From NCBI GenBank assembly GCA_964372755.1, contig CAYJQX010000005.1:1-57813 (forward strand): DNA of 57,813 nt, written 5' to 3'. Shown here piece by piece: positions 27,589-37,608 of this stretch. The notes below the pieces were generated by a model. That model was not told the origin of the DNA. It saw only the letters and a list, made by a program, of their open reading frames with translations, and made no database searches. Source of the DNA: an uncultured Candidatus Saccharibacteria bacterium. GTDB lineage: Bacteria; Patescibacteriota; Minisyncoccia; UBA9983. Each line of letters starts with the position of its first letter. Positions within the stretch are counted from its first letter, which is position 1. The position numbers and the translations under genes are program-made.

Positions 27589-29508
27589 TTATTCTACAAC
27601 TCGCGCTTGATCAGCGCTAAAACCTGGTTCATTTTTCATATCCGTTGTAAGGAACGGGCGAGAATCTTGTATTGTTCGGTCAATAAGCAAATCATGTCCA
27701 GTAAGAACCGTCTCTGAAAGCAGAATTGGGGAAGTGCCTACTTGATTTGAAGCTGGAGTAAAGCCAATTTGGAAAGAGACCACTCTCGCGGAACGGTTTA
27801 TACCTGTGCCGGCTTTAACCACTCCTGTTTTCCATTCCACTCGTCCAGTGGACTCTTCAAAAAAAACATCCTCGTCGGGAGAGACATTGCCTGTCCAGCG
27901 AACATAGGCCGGCAGAGAAGAAACAACTTTCACGTTACCAAAATCATTTAAGTTATTGCTCAACGACCACGAAACGGTGTAAGTAGTCTCCTGTCCGACT
28001 CTTGGTGGCAGTGGACCAGAGTTATTAAAAACACCCGCGCCGTGAGAAATTCTCGAAACTAACTGAAGACGAGAAGCAATTTGAATATTCTGGCTAGAGA
28101 TGCCTTCAACTTGATTTGTTTGAGATTCGTCAGAAACACTTAATCCTTTTATTGAGACTTTGATATTTACTGCGCTTGAGTCATTGCCGACGGCAATATT
28201 TTTCGGCACGCGAAACGAAAAACTAATTTTCCCGCCTTCTCCCGGTTGAATTTCTTCCAAATCTCTCAGGCTGGAAGCATTCCAAACTATGGTTTTATTA
28301 CTGGAACGATAGGAGCCACTGACAACATTAATGCTGTTTTCTTCAAAACCAATACCTTCCAAAGTAGCTTCTACAAAATTATTTCTTATTGGCACAGGTA
28401 AATTATTTGTATATTGAACAGAGACATTAACCGTATCCCCTACCGAAGCAAAAGCCTTTTCTGATTTTATGCCGTTTACCAAAATATCCAACCCCAAAAA
28501 GGGTCTTTTTATTTCTAGACTTTCCACCACAATTCCATAAGGACGAAGATTGTTATTTTCTCCCAAAACTCCTACCTCTGCGCGGAAAGCTTTCTCTTCC
28601 AAATCTTGGCCTTGAACTAACCCTTTGATAACTATGGTTCTTTTTTCTTGAACCGGAAGAAATCCCACAGACCATTCGTTTCTACCTTGAGAGGGATTGG
28701 GGGTTGCCGAAATAAATTGAAAACCCGGCGGATATTCCATCCTCAACAAAAGGTTCGAGAGATCCGAGTCCGAGTTAGAAACTATCTCTGTTGAAATTTC
28801 CACGGTTTGTCCGGAATTAAGTTCTTTGGGAATAGATATGGAAACCCCGATCGGCGAACGAGTGATTTTTATTGAATAAGAAGATTCTTTGGCAAAAATG
28901 GCATTTGAATCAGAGAGCCTGTATTCTAAAGTTATTTTCACTTCTTTTTCTTCATTCTCATTGCCATAAAAAATAACTTCTGTTTTTTTATTCAAAGTTT
29001 CTCCGGACTTGATGACACCAAGAGCGCTGCGCTCTCTGCCCAACTTTTTTCCTTCCTTGGAAAAAACACCCGTCGGATATTCTAAAATAAGATCCGCCAA
29101 CTCTAGAGAAACGGCGTTTTTGTTTGTCACAGAAATAACAATCTCGTTTAATGCCCCTCCGTCCGTAAAAGCGGAATATTGCGTTTCTATATCAATATTC
29201 CTGGCAGAAACTGATTTTCCATTTTCAAAAAAAACAAAATATCCGGCGGTAACTATGCCGGCAAAAAGAAAAATGAGACTCGCCCAAATTATTTTTTTCA
29301 TTATGGATTTATTGCCCTCAAAAGAGGAGTCTTTCGCTGTTTCTGGCTCCGATTCTTCCTTTGTTTGCCAATCAAGAACATCGGAAACTTTTTCGCTTGT
29401 AACCGCCCTATCGGCATGAATCTGAAAAGCTTCCCTTTCTGGAGTTTTGTTTTCGCTCCCTCTGCGATAAAGACCTTTTTTTATCTCATCTAGCGCGCTA
29501 TCGTCCAT
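27589..29508 (-). CDS. Membrane-anchored multi-Ig-like (DUF11-type) surface protein
   Basis: One TM segment then repeated beta-rich modules; GPLPPRVGQETTYTVSW. Confidence 0.7.
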   Translation of the reverse strand: MDDSALDEIKKGLYRRGSENKTPEREAFQIHADRAVTSEKVSDVLDWQTKEESEPETAKDSSFEGNKSIMKKIIWASLIFLFAGIVTAGYFVFFENGKSVSARNIDIETQYSAFTDGGALNEIVISVTNKNAVSLELADLILEYPTGVFSKEGKKLGRERSALGVIKSGETLNKKTEVIFYGNENEEKEVKITLEYRLSDSNAIFAKESSYSIKITRSPIGVSISIPKELNSGQTVEISTEIVSNSDSDLSNLLLRMEYPPGFQFISATPNPSQGRNEWSVGFLPVQEKRTIVIKGLVQGQDLEEKAFRAEVGVLGENNNLRPYGIVVESLEIKRPFLGLDILVNGIKSEKAFASVGDTVNVSVQYTNNLPVPIRNNFVEATLEGIGFEENSINVVSGSYRSSNKTIVWNASSLRDLEEIQPGEGGKISFSFRVPKNIAVGNDSSAVNIKVSIKGLSVSDESQTNQVEGISSQNIQIASRLQLVSRISHGAGVFNNSGPLPPRVGQETTYTVSWSLSNNLNDFGNVKVVSSLPAYVRWTGNVSPDEDVFFEESTGRVEWKTGVVKAGTGINRSARVVSFQIGFTPASNQVGTSPILLSETVLTGHDLLIDRTIQDSRPFLTTDMKNEPGFSADQARVVE

Positions 29509-29626
29509 ATAAGCACATTATATAACAGGAAACACATAACATGTAGCATCCTCGGCGGAAAAACATTTCGTATTTTGAGGTGATATTTTCCATCTTGCCA
29601 TTCTCTTTCAAGTTCCCCACCTCTAG

Positions 29627-30163
29627 CTAAAGCTGGCTAGCCTCCACTGCCCTTCCTAAAGCCTCTTGCAGGCTTCTTACGGAAATTTTTTCTTTGTCTC
29701 TGCCAATATAACCAAGCTCTCTTAGAATATGAAAGATGGTTTTTATTTCTATCTCATGAAGATTTTCTTCTCCTCGATCGTCTTTTGAAAGATAAAGAAA
29801 GAGTCCCTTCATTTTTTGCCATATTACTTCATTAGCGCCTTCTCCTTGAACAAGTCTATTGAGAAGCGCGGACACACCAGCGTAAAGCCTCAACCTGTCT
29901 AAATTAGAAAGAAGCAGTGTCCCAGAAAAAGCTTCATGAACATCCACGATTCTATATCCGCTTTTGCCGGAAACAAAAGAAAAAGTGCCCAATGTATAAA
30001 GACCTAATTTCCCCCGAAGCTTTGCTCGGTTCAATCTTACCCCTTGCGCGATTGAATGTATTTTTCCGAATTTATGAGTATAGAAAGTGATAAGCTGGTT
30101 GGCTTCTCGATAGTTTTGTTTGGCAATAACAATACCTTCAGTGGTAATAATCGGATGATACAT
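29627..30163 (-). CDS. recO: DNA repair protein RecO
   Basis: TEGIVI...YREAN..ITFYT..FGKI...AQGVR...AKLRG OB-fold N-terminus. Confidence 0.88.
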   Translation of the reverse strand: MYHPIITTEGIVIAKQNYREANQLITFYTHKFGKIHSIAQGVRLNRAKLRGKLGLYTLGTFSFVSGKSGYRIVDVHEAFSGTLLLSNLDRLRLYAGVSALLNRLVQGEGANEVIWQKMKGLFLYLSKDDRGEENLHEIEIKTIFHILRELGYIGRDKEKISVRSLQEALGRAVEASQL

Positions 30164-30199
30164 AAAAATTGCGCACTAATCTTAAATAGAGATAAGGGT

Positions 30200-33100
30200 T
30201 TATATTTTGAAAATAAATTCAAGGCCGCCAATTAACACACTCTCTCCGGAGTGCACCGAAGAAAATTTTATTTCCGACATGTTGGTGGCTTTCTTAAGGG
30301 AATTCTCTATCGTTCTTATTAATGACTCGCCTTCCATTTCAGTTTGAACATAAAGAACGGCTTGTTCACCAGTTTTGAGGCCAGATTTTTTCCGTAAATC
30401 CTGCACGGCACGCACGAGGTCTCTCAACATTCCTTCCTCTTTCAATTCCTCGGTTATATTGGTATCGATTTCCGCTTCATTTTCTATAGAATCGTCAAAA
30501 ATAATTTCTTTGACGTTCACCTCCTCCTTTATCAAATCCTGCATTCCAAGATTGTTTCGGATTTCGGATTTCGTGCTTCTGATTTTTAGACTTGCAAGTG
30601 GTTGACGCACTTTAATATTCGCTCTCATGCGGGCTTCAAGACCGAATGAGGTAATCTTTCTTGCTTCTGACATTTTTTCTACCAAATTTTTTTGTAAGTC
30701 GTCTTGAAAGAGGTCTTCTTCAAATACAGGCCAACTCGCAAGATGCACGCTTTCTACATCATCTTCTTTTTTTATTCCTTGCCAAATTTCTTCAGACACA
30801 AAAGGCATAAATGGAGCCATGATAAGAGAAAGAGTACGCAGTACATGGTAAGTAGTATTCAGAGCGCCCGAATCGCCATCTCGCATTCTGTCGCGAGATC
30901 TGCGGATATACCATGTAGATAAATCTTCCACAAATCCTTCAATCGGACGAGTGGCCTTATCTAATTCATAATTTTCCATAGCTCTAGTTACTTCGTAGAA
31001 AAGCTGGTAAAGGCGTATGACTATCCACTTATCAAGAACATTTTCTATTTCTTTCAGATTTTGAATTCCGTATTCCACATCATGAATTTTATTTTGCTCA
31101 AAAAATAAAACCACATTTTTTAATCGTCCGATCACCTTGTTCATTATTTCTTGGACTTCTTTTTCAGAAAAATTCAAATCTCCGCCCCGCACCACGGGAG
31201 AATTAAGAAAATAATAGCGAAGAGCATCCGCGCCGTATTTACCCACGACAAACATCGGATCGGGATAATTTTTTAGACGCTTGCTCATTTTCTGACCGTC
31301 TTCGGCAAGAATAAGACCCGTAGAGGTGACATTCAAGAAAGAAGTTTTATCAAAAAGAGCCACTCCCAAAACATGCATTGTATAAAACCATCCTCTTGTC
31401 TGATCCACCGCTTCACCAATAAAATCGGCCGGATATCCCACCCCCCTTTTCGGATCAAAATCTTCTTTGGGTTTTCCTAGATATCCCGCAGACGCGTACG
31501 GCATGGAGCCTGATTCGTACCAACAATCAAAAACTCCGCTCACTCTCTGTAACTGCGCCCCGCAATCGCATTTTAATAAAATCTCGTCTATAAAAGGACG
31601 GTGAAGATCCAGATCATAATTTTCGTTATGAGGTATGGGCACAAAATCCAGACTTTTTATTTCTGAATTTTTTATGAATTCCCCTTCTTTTTCCTGTAAA
31701 AACTTTATGGCTTCATCCGTCGTGAGCCCCTTCGCGCCAGAGATCATCATCCAAGCCGGAGTAGAATGAGTGATAATGAGTATCTTTTTATTATTATATT
31801 TACTCTCCAGCTCGTAGATAAAATTCGAGACTCTCTTTTTTACATCCAAAAGATTTTCTCCCTCAGGGACTCTTTTCTCAAATCTTTCTTCCATGGAATC
31901 AAAGTAGCCATGATATTGCGAGGTCGGATGATTGTTCATTTGACCAAAATTTACTTCTCGCAACCTTTCGTCAAAAAACAAGGCTGATTTTTCCAAACCT
32001 GTACTTTCTCTTACAATCTCGGCCGTTTCCTTAGTGCGGATAAAATCAGAACTGAAAATAAAATCCAATTCTATTTCCTTGATTGTTGAAATAGAATTTT
32101 TCACTTGTCTAACTCCCTCTTCTGTAAGATGATGAGGATTTTTTGGATCGGAGCTCAAAATTTCCAGGACATTGTTTTCTGCCTGTCCGTGTCGCATCAC
32201 AAAATATTTGTTATGAGATTTTAATGCGTGTTTTTTTGTATCTTCAACAGAGCCTATAACCTCCACCTTCTTACATTCCTTACATTTCCATACGGGAATA
32301 GGAGCTCCCCAATAACGGGAACGCGAAATCGCCCAGTCTTTTGCGCCGAGGAGCCATTTGCCAAAACGGCCGTCGCGAAGATGCTCCGGAACCCAATGAA
32401 TTTTTTGATTTTCAGAAATTATTTTTTCATGTAATTTGTCGTCCGAAACTTTCACAAACCAAGATGAGGAAGCATAATTTATAAGCGGAGTATCGCACCG
32501 CCAGCAATGAGGATACGAGTGGGTAATATTTTCTTTGGCAAAAAATAAATTTCTCTCTTCTAAATTTTTTAAAATGGCAATGTCGGTAGCCAAACGCTCT
32601 TTATCTTCTCCTTTTGGTTTAACCGCCATCCCTTTGAAATCCAAAACTTCCATTTTCATTCTTCCGTCTTCAGCAACATGTTGGATAAAAGGCAAATTCT
32701 CTTTCTGGCCTAAAAGCATGTCGTCTTCTCCAAAAGCGGGCGCAATATGCACAATGCCAGTACCTTCGTCCGTTGTTACAAAATCCGCGCTATAGGTTTT
32801 CCAGCCCCGCCCGAACGATTGAGATCGTTCAGTCGAGCTGGCGTTTTCTTTATTTTTTAGGCTTTCTTCTTTGAAGTAATAATCGAAGATTGGTTTGTAT
32901 GATTTGCCAATCAAGTCATTCCCTTTGATTTCTTTAACCAACTGATATTGGATATTTTTAAAAACGGATTCAAGGCGATCTTTTGCGATAATCAGATATT
33001 CTTTTTTTTGAGATTTTTCATTTAGTACTTCAACCTGGCTGTAAATTATTTTTTTATTGACAGCCAAAGCCACGTTGCCCGGCAATGTCCACGGTGTCGT

Positions 33101-33877
33101 CGTCCATGCTAAAACGTATGTTTTAGCATGCCCTGTCCTCAACTCTGAGGGAAGAGTATCGCTCGGACTCGAACAAGAGCTTGTCGAAAGGCTACCCCCC
33201 TCATCCACCAACTCAAACTTTGCATAAATGGAAATATCTTTGATATCCTTGTAACCCTGATTGACTTCAAAATTAGAAAGAGTCGTCCCACAACGAGAAC
33301 AGAGATGCATGGATTTATACCCTTCATAGATAAGACCTTTACCATAGAGAGTCTTGAAAGACCACCAGACGGATTCCGTATAGCTCGCATCCATCGTTTT
33401 GTAATCAGCCTGCATGTCCGCCCACCTACCTATTCTCGGGATTATTCTTCGCCAGTCGTCCGCAAAACGCAAAACAGCGTTTCTGGCGGATTGGTTGAAC
33501 TTTTGGACTCCAAGATCCTCTATCTCCTTTTTTGTCCTGATACCCAATTCAGATTCAATAATGTTTTCAAGAGGAAGTCCGTGACAATCCCACCCCCACC
33601 TGCGCGGTACTCTGTACCCATGCATAGTTTTGTATCGAGGTATAACATCTTTGATGATGCTCTGTAAAATATGCCCGTAATGAGGCAAACCAGTGGCAAA
33701 AGGCGGGCCGTCATAAAAAACAAAATCACCAGCTTTGGATTTTTTCTCAAGGCTTTTTTCAAAAATCTTATTCTCGTTCCAAAAAGCCAGAATTTTTTCT
33801 TCGTCTTTAGAAATCAAGCTTTTTTCTTCTTTTTGATCTTTACTATCCATAGTTTTTTGAATTTCGTTCTCTCCCAT
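30200..33877 (-). CDS. ileS: Isoleucine--tRNA ligase with inserted histidine-phosphatase domain
   Basis: DGPPFATGLPHYGH, GWDCHGLP, WTTTPWTLP, DQTRGWFY, KMSKR; RHG domain at ~31640-32215. Confidence 0.96.
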   Translation of the reverse strand: MGENEIQKTMDSKDQKEEKSLISKDEEKILAFWNENKIFEKSLEKKSKAGDFVFYDGPPFATGLPHYGHILQSIIKDVIPRYKTMHGYRVPRRWGWDCHGLPLENIIESELGIRTKKEIEDLGVQKFNQSARNAVLRFADDWRRIIPRIGRWADMQADYKTMDASYTESVWWSFKTLYGKGLIYEGYKSMHLCSRCGTTLSNFEVNQGYKDIKDISIYAKFELVDEGGSLSTSSCSSPSDTLPSELRTGHAKTYVLAWTTTPWTLPGNVALAVNKKIIYSQVEVLNEKSQKKEYLIIAKDRLESVFKNIQYQLVKEIKGNDLIGKSYKPIFDYYFKEESLKNKENASSTERSQSFGRGWKTYSADFVTTDEGTGIVHIAPAFGEDDMLLGQKENLPFIQHVAEDGRMKMEVLDFKGMAVKPKGEDKERLATDIAILKNLEERNLFFAKENITHSYPHCWRCDTPLINYASSSWFVKVSDDKLHEKIISENQKIHWVPEHLRDGRFGKWLLGAKDWAISRSRYWGAPIPVWKCKECKKVEVIGSVEDTKKHALKSHNKYFVMRHGQAENNVLEILSSDPKNPHHLTEEGVRQVKNSISTIKEIELDFIFSSDFIRTKETAEIVRESTGLEKSALFFDERLREVNFGQMNNHPTSQYHGYFDSMEERFEKRVPEGENLLDVKKRVSNFIYELESKYNNKKILIITHSTPAWMMISGAKGLTTDEAIKFLQEKEGEFIKNSEIKSLDFVPIPHNENYDLDLHRPFIDEILLKCDCGAQLQRVSGVFDCWYESGSMPYASAGYLGKPKEDFDPKRGVGYPADFIGEAVDQTRGWFYTMHVLGVALFDKTSFLNVTSTGLILAEDGQKMSKRLKNYPDPMFVVGKYGADALRYYFLNSPVVRGGDLNFSEKEVQEIMNKVIGRLKNVVLFFEQNKIHDVEYGIQNLKEIENVLDKWIVIRLYQLFYEVTRAMENYELDKATRPIEGFVEDLSTWYIRRSRDRMRDGDSGALNTTYHVLRTLSLIMAPFMPFVSEEIWQGIKKEDDVESVHLASWPVFEEDLFQDDLQKNLVEKMSEARKITSFGLEARMRANIKVRQPLASLKIRSTKSEIRNNLGMQDLIKEEVNVKEIIFDDSIENEAEIDTNITEELKEEGMLRDLVRAVQDLRKKSGLKTGEQAVLYVQTEMEGESLIRTIENSLKKATNMSEIKFSSVHSGESVLIGGLEFIFKI

Positions 33878-33904
33878 CCTACCTCAAAATATGCAAAAAA
33901 TAAA

Positions 33905-33945
33905 AAGCCCGCTTCTTTCTCCATCAAAGAAACGGGTGTGTTTTT
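33905..33945 (-). terminator. Terminator-like hairpin immediately upstream of ileS
   Basis: Minus strand cccgtttcttt-gatggag-aaagaagcggg followed by ctttttattttt. Confidence 0.6.
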
Positions 33946-34240
33946 ATTTTCTTTCTTCAAATACAGTGAGGTGATCGCTGTTGTCTGTCTCCAGAAGCTC
34001 TTTTAGAGCCAAGGAATTCTTGTAAAAGAAATCCCCCACAAGAATCAGGAGAAAAATAACTGAACCGGCAAAAAATATGGTCCCGGAAATAACGCCTCTC
34101 CATTTGAAAGGAAGAGAGGTCGTGAAAAACACTAGCATAGACAAAAAAATAAGAGCGCCGGATAAAATCTTTGCCCAATATCTTGCCCTCAAATAATTAA
34201 GGGATTCGGCATATTCATCCGCTACTATATCCTCTTCCAT
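33944..34240 (-). CDS. Orphan two-TM membrane protein
   Basis: Start at ATG 34240 (MEEDIV) with GGAGG SD; two hydrophobic helices. Confidence 0.6.
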   Translation of the reverse strand: MEEDIVADEYAESLNYLRARYWAKILSGALIFLSMLVFFTTSLPFKWRGVISGTIFFAGSVIFLLILVGDFFYKNSLALKELLETDNSDHLTVFEERK

Positions 34241-34327
34241 TGTTTGCCTCCTTTTGAGGATTTGCAAAAGAACCGGGCTAAAAAATCTTCTCCTTTATAA
34301 AACCACAAATACGCAAAAAATGTAACC

Positions 34328-36076
34328 TTACATTTTTTGAGGAGCAGGAATACCCAGTATGACAAGGCCGTTTAAAAGAACATGGGAAACGGCTTTCGCT
34401 AAAAGCACTCTGTAGCAAGAGAAGGGATCATCCTTGTCTACAATCCTATTTTTGTTGTAGTAAGCGTTAAAACTCTGGGCGATGTCGCAGAGATATGTAG
34501 CTATGTAATGCGGAGCGTATTTTTCTCCGGCTTTTTCGATAATCTCCGGAAAGCGATAAAGAAGTTTTTCTATTTCAGAGGTGCCAAGTCCGTTTCCTTC
34601 GACAATTTTCGGGAAAATTCCCTCCTCTTCTGCCTTGTCCAATAAAGATTTTGCTCTGGCATATGTATATTGAATATAAGGACCGGAATTCCCTTCAAAG
34701 GAAACAGACTCGTCAAAATCAAAGGCTATATCTTTGGATATTTCCTGTCGCAAAATAGAATATTTGACGGCTCCGATCGCCACCATTTTTGCCACATTTT
34801 CTTTTTCCGATTCTGGCACCTTAACGGTATGCTTCATTTTTTCTTCCGCCATCCTCACCGCCTCTTCTAATATTTCTTCCCCTGTCACAACATTTCCCTT
34901 GCGGGAAGACATCTTGCCGTTTTTGAGGCGCATCATTCCGTGAGAAAGATGCAACATTTTTTTTGCGACATCGGGGCGAATCTGTTCAAGCGCTTTGATA
35001 AGCACCGAGAAATAACCGCTCTGCTCGCTGGCGGTAATAATGATAGACTTTTCTAATTTTGGTTCCTTCTCAAATTTTGTGATATTCAGTCCCAAATCTT
35101 TCGCTTCGTAAGTCGGCAAGCCTTGCGAATTTATAAACACGCGGGTGTGCAAGCCATATTTTTCCGCCGGAAATATCACGGCCCCGTTCGATTCTTCAAA
35201 AACACCTTTTTTCCTAAATTCTTCCACAATTTTTGCGCCCATTTCCGTAAACTGGCTCTCAAAAAAATAATAATCAAACTTTGTCCCCAGAAGAGAATAT
35301 ATTTCTTCGAATTTTTCCAGCGTCCAAGCCCTGCCTTTTTCGTAGATTTTATTTATTTCTTCGTCAGACTTTTCAAAAATTTTTTTGTTGATTATTTTTA
35401 TCTCCGCTTGCGCTGTTTCATCCTCTTCGTATTTAGAAGAACCAAGAACATAGGCTTTGCCTATGTAGGCGATTCTCTCCTTGAGAGAAACCTCTTCCTC
35501 CGGAGGAGGCTCATTCATATGTCCAATTCCCCAAATAGCTTTGGCGACATGCAAGCCAACATCACCTTGATAATTGGCCCGCAATACTTTTGCGCCCTGT
35601 CCTTCCAATATTCTTGTAATTGCCTCGCCGATAGCGTTGCTCATCAAGTGGCCGATATGAAATTCCTTGAAGGGATTGGGATCGGTATATTCCACCATGA
35701 TGAGTTTTTCTTTTAAAGAATCGTTTCGCCCGAATTTTTCTCCCGCCTCGCTAATTTCTTTGATGGAGTTAATAAAGAACCCCGGAGTCATATAAAAATT
35801 AATAAAACCCGCTCCGGCAAGTTCTATCTTTAAAACAACCTCTTCTAGGCTCTTGTCTTTTCTAAGCTCCTCTACCAGAATTGAGGCTATTTCCTTAGGA
35901 CTTTTGGAAACATAATCCTTTAAAGACAAAGCCACCGGAGTGGAATAATCCCCGAAAGAAAGATCTTTCGGATGTTCCAGTGTTGTAAAACGAGAAATCA
36001 ATTCTCCTTCTAATAATTCCGGAAAAGCCTTGGGGACGGCTTTTTCCAGAGATCTTTTGATAATTTCCCTTGCCAT
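34328..36076 (-). CDS. argS: Arginine--tRNA ligase
   Basis: FGDYS, AGAGFINF, EYTDPNPFKEFHIGH, KMSSRKG, GNSGPYIQY. Confidence 0.97.
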   Translation of the reverse strand: MAREIIKRSLEKAVPKAFPELLEGELISRFTTLEHPKDLSFGDYSTPVALSLKDYVSKSPKEIASILVEELRKDKSLEEVVLKIELAGAGFINFYMTPGFFINSIKEISEAGEKFGRNDSLKEKLIMVEYTDPNPFKEFHIGHLMSNAIGEAITRILEGQGAKVLRANYQGDVGLHVAKAIWGIGHMNEPPPEEEVSLKERIAYIGKAYVLGSSKYEEDETAQAEIKIINKKIFEKSDEEINKIYEKGRAWTLEKFEEIYSLLGTKFDYYFFESQFTEMGAKIVEEFRKKGVFEESNGAVIFPAEKYGLHTRVFINSQGLPTYEAKDLGLNITKFEKEPKLEKSIIITASEQSGYFSVLIKALEQIRPDVAKKMLHLSHGMMRLKNGKMSSRKGNVVTGEEILEEAVRMAEEKMKHTVKVPESEKENVAKMVAIGAVKYSILRQEISKDIAFDFDESVSFEGNSGPYIQYTYARAKSLLDKAEEEGIFPKIVEGNGLGTSEIEKLLYRFPEIIEKAGEKYAPHYIATYLCDIAQSFNAYYNKNRIVDKDDPFSCYRVLLAKAVSHVLLNGLVILGIPAPQKM

Positions 36077-36114
36077 TAGCCTAAATACTAGCATATGTAA
36101 TATAATTGCGTGTA

Positions 36115-36783
36115 ATGGCCTTATCGGATAAAAAAATTCTCCTAGAGAAAAAATCAGGCAATATTGTTATAGAGCCGTTCAACCAAAAAAATCTGTCTAC
36201 TTCAAGTTACGACGTAACTTTGGGAGAATGGTATTTCAGGGAACAACCGCCCCAAGGATATTTGAATGTTTATGACATTTTCAGCAAAAAACATACCGAC
36301 AAAGTTTGGGGAACAAAGCCTCTCAAAGCCAAAAAGGCAAAAGAAATTTTCAAAGACTTCTCTCTCGAGGGGATTGGCGCGAGCGACAGAATAATTGTTT
36401 TAAATCCGGGAGAAACCATCCTTGCCCACACCAACGAATTTATCGGCGGAAAAAATAAAATTACCACCATGATGAAAGCGCGATCGTCTTTGGGAAGAAA
36501 TTTTATAGAAATTTGCAAGTGCGCCGGCTGGGGAGACGTAGGCTATGTAAATCGCTGGACAATGGAGATTACCAACAATTCCAAACATTACGTTATACCT
36601 CTTGTTGTCGGCATGCGGGTGGCCCAAATTGTCTTTTTTGAAACTGGCGAGATCCTGGATGCGACAAAAGATTATTCCCAAAAAGGAAAATACCAGACGA
36701 CTCAAGATATAAGTGAGCTTAAGAAAAAATGGCACCCGAAAGACATGGTACCGAAACTCTGGAAAGACAAGATGAAAAAATAA
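36115..36783 (+). CDS. dcd: dCTP deaminase
   Basis: LSDKKI, SSYDVTLG, ARSSLGR, GWGDVGY...TMEI, AQIVF, KYQ; TATAAT at 36101-36106 supports ATG 36115. Confidence 0.9.
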   Translation: MALSDKKILLEKKSGNIVIEPFNQKNLSTSSYDVTLGEWYFREQPPQGYLNVYDIFSKKHTDKVWGTKPLKAKKAKEIFKDFSLEGIGASDRIIVLNPGETILAHTNEFIGGKNKITTMMKARSSLGRNFIEICKCAGWGDVGYVNRWTMEITNNSKHYVIPLVVGMRVAQIVFFETGEILDATKDYSQKGKYQTTQDISELKKKWHPKDMVPKLWKDKMKK

Positions 36784-36784
36784 A

Positions 36785-36815
36785 AAAACGGCATAAGATT
36801 TCCTCATGCCGTTTT
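36785..36815. terminator. Bidirectional terminator between dcd and tmk
   Basis: aaaacggcataag-atttc-ctcatgccgtttt. Confidence 0.65.
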
Positions 36816-36831
36816 CGGAGAAAGTTTTTGG

Positions 36832-37473
36832 TTATATTCCCAAATCCAAAATTTTCCCCGCTTCTCTTTTTATATCTTCAAACACTTCAAAAGGCGGGCG
36901 ATTGCCGTCCACCAAGACAACCGGACACGGAAGCTGTCTTAATCCATAAACCTCTTCCAAATAAGCATTGCGGACTTTTTCCAAGAAATCCGCTTTTTCA
37001 AAAAGTTCCGGTTTTTCTTCGGCGCCCATTCTTTTGAGAGCTACCGGAACCGGAACATCAATGAAAATATTCAGCGTCGGCCAGATCATCCATTCGCCAA
37101 GAGCTTGGCGATGAATGTTTATTATCTCCGACTCATCCAAGCCCTTGGCTCTGCCATAAGCCAATGTGGACATGACGCACCGATCGGTGAAATATCCTCT
37201 CACGCCCAATCCGAAATCTCGACGGATTTCGAGCATATGAACAGCTCTTTCCAGAATGAAAAGTCTCTGGAATTCCAACGGTTTTTCCGGGCAGGTTGCT
37301 TCACCGCGCAAAACCAACCGAATATACTTTCCAATCAAGTTATCTTCGTTTGGTTCCGCCCCAAATTTAAGATAAGGATCGAAACGCAAAAGATGGCGCA
37401 ATAAATTTATCTGCGTCCCTTTTCCGCACTTGTCTATCCCTTCAAGAGCGATAAGAACCGGCTTCTTTTCCAT
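36832..37473 (-). CDS. tmk: Thymidylate kinase
   Basis: EGIDKCGKGTQ P-loop; FTDR...STLAYG. Confidence 0.93.
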   Translation of the reverse strand: MEKKPVLIALEGIDKCGKGTQINLLRHLLRFDPYLKFGAEPNEDNLIGKYIRLVLRGEATCPEKPLEFQRLFILERAVHMLEIRRDFGLGVRGYFTDRCVMSTLAYGRAKGLDESEIINIHRQALGEWMIWPTLNIFIDVPVPVALKRMGAEEKPELFEKADFLEKVRNAYLEEVYGLRQLPCPVVLVDGNRPPFEVFEDIKREAGKILDLGI

Positions 37474-37567
37474 TTAACTCCCCTTTGTTTTGGTTTTATT
37501 TGATTATACAGAATACAAAGCCTTTTCTTTTCTAGCATAAGGAGTTCGCCCATGCAACAAAAAATAC

Positions 37568-37600
37568 AGCGCGCCTCTTCTTTAGATAAAGAGGCGCGCT
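37568..37600 (-). terminator. Terminator downstream of thyX
   Basis: agcgcgcctctt...aagaggcgcgct 12-bp stem. Confidence 0.7.
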
Positions 37601-37608
37601 CTGCAAAC

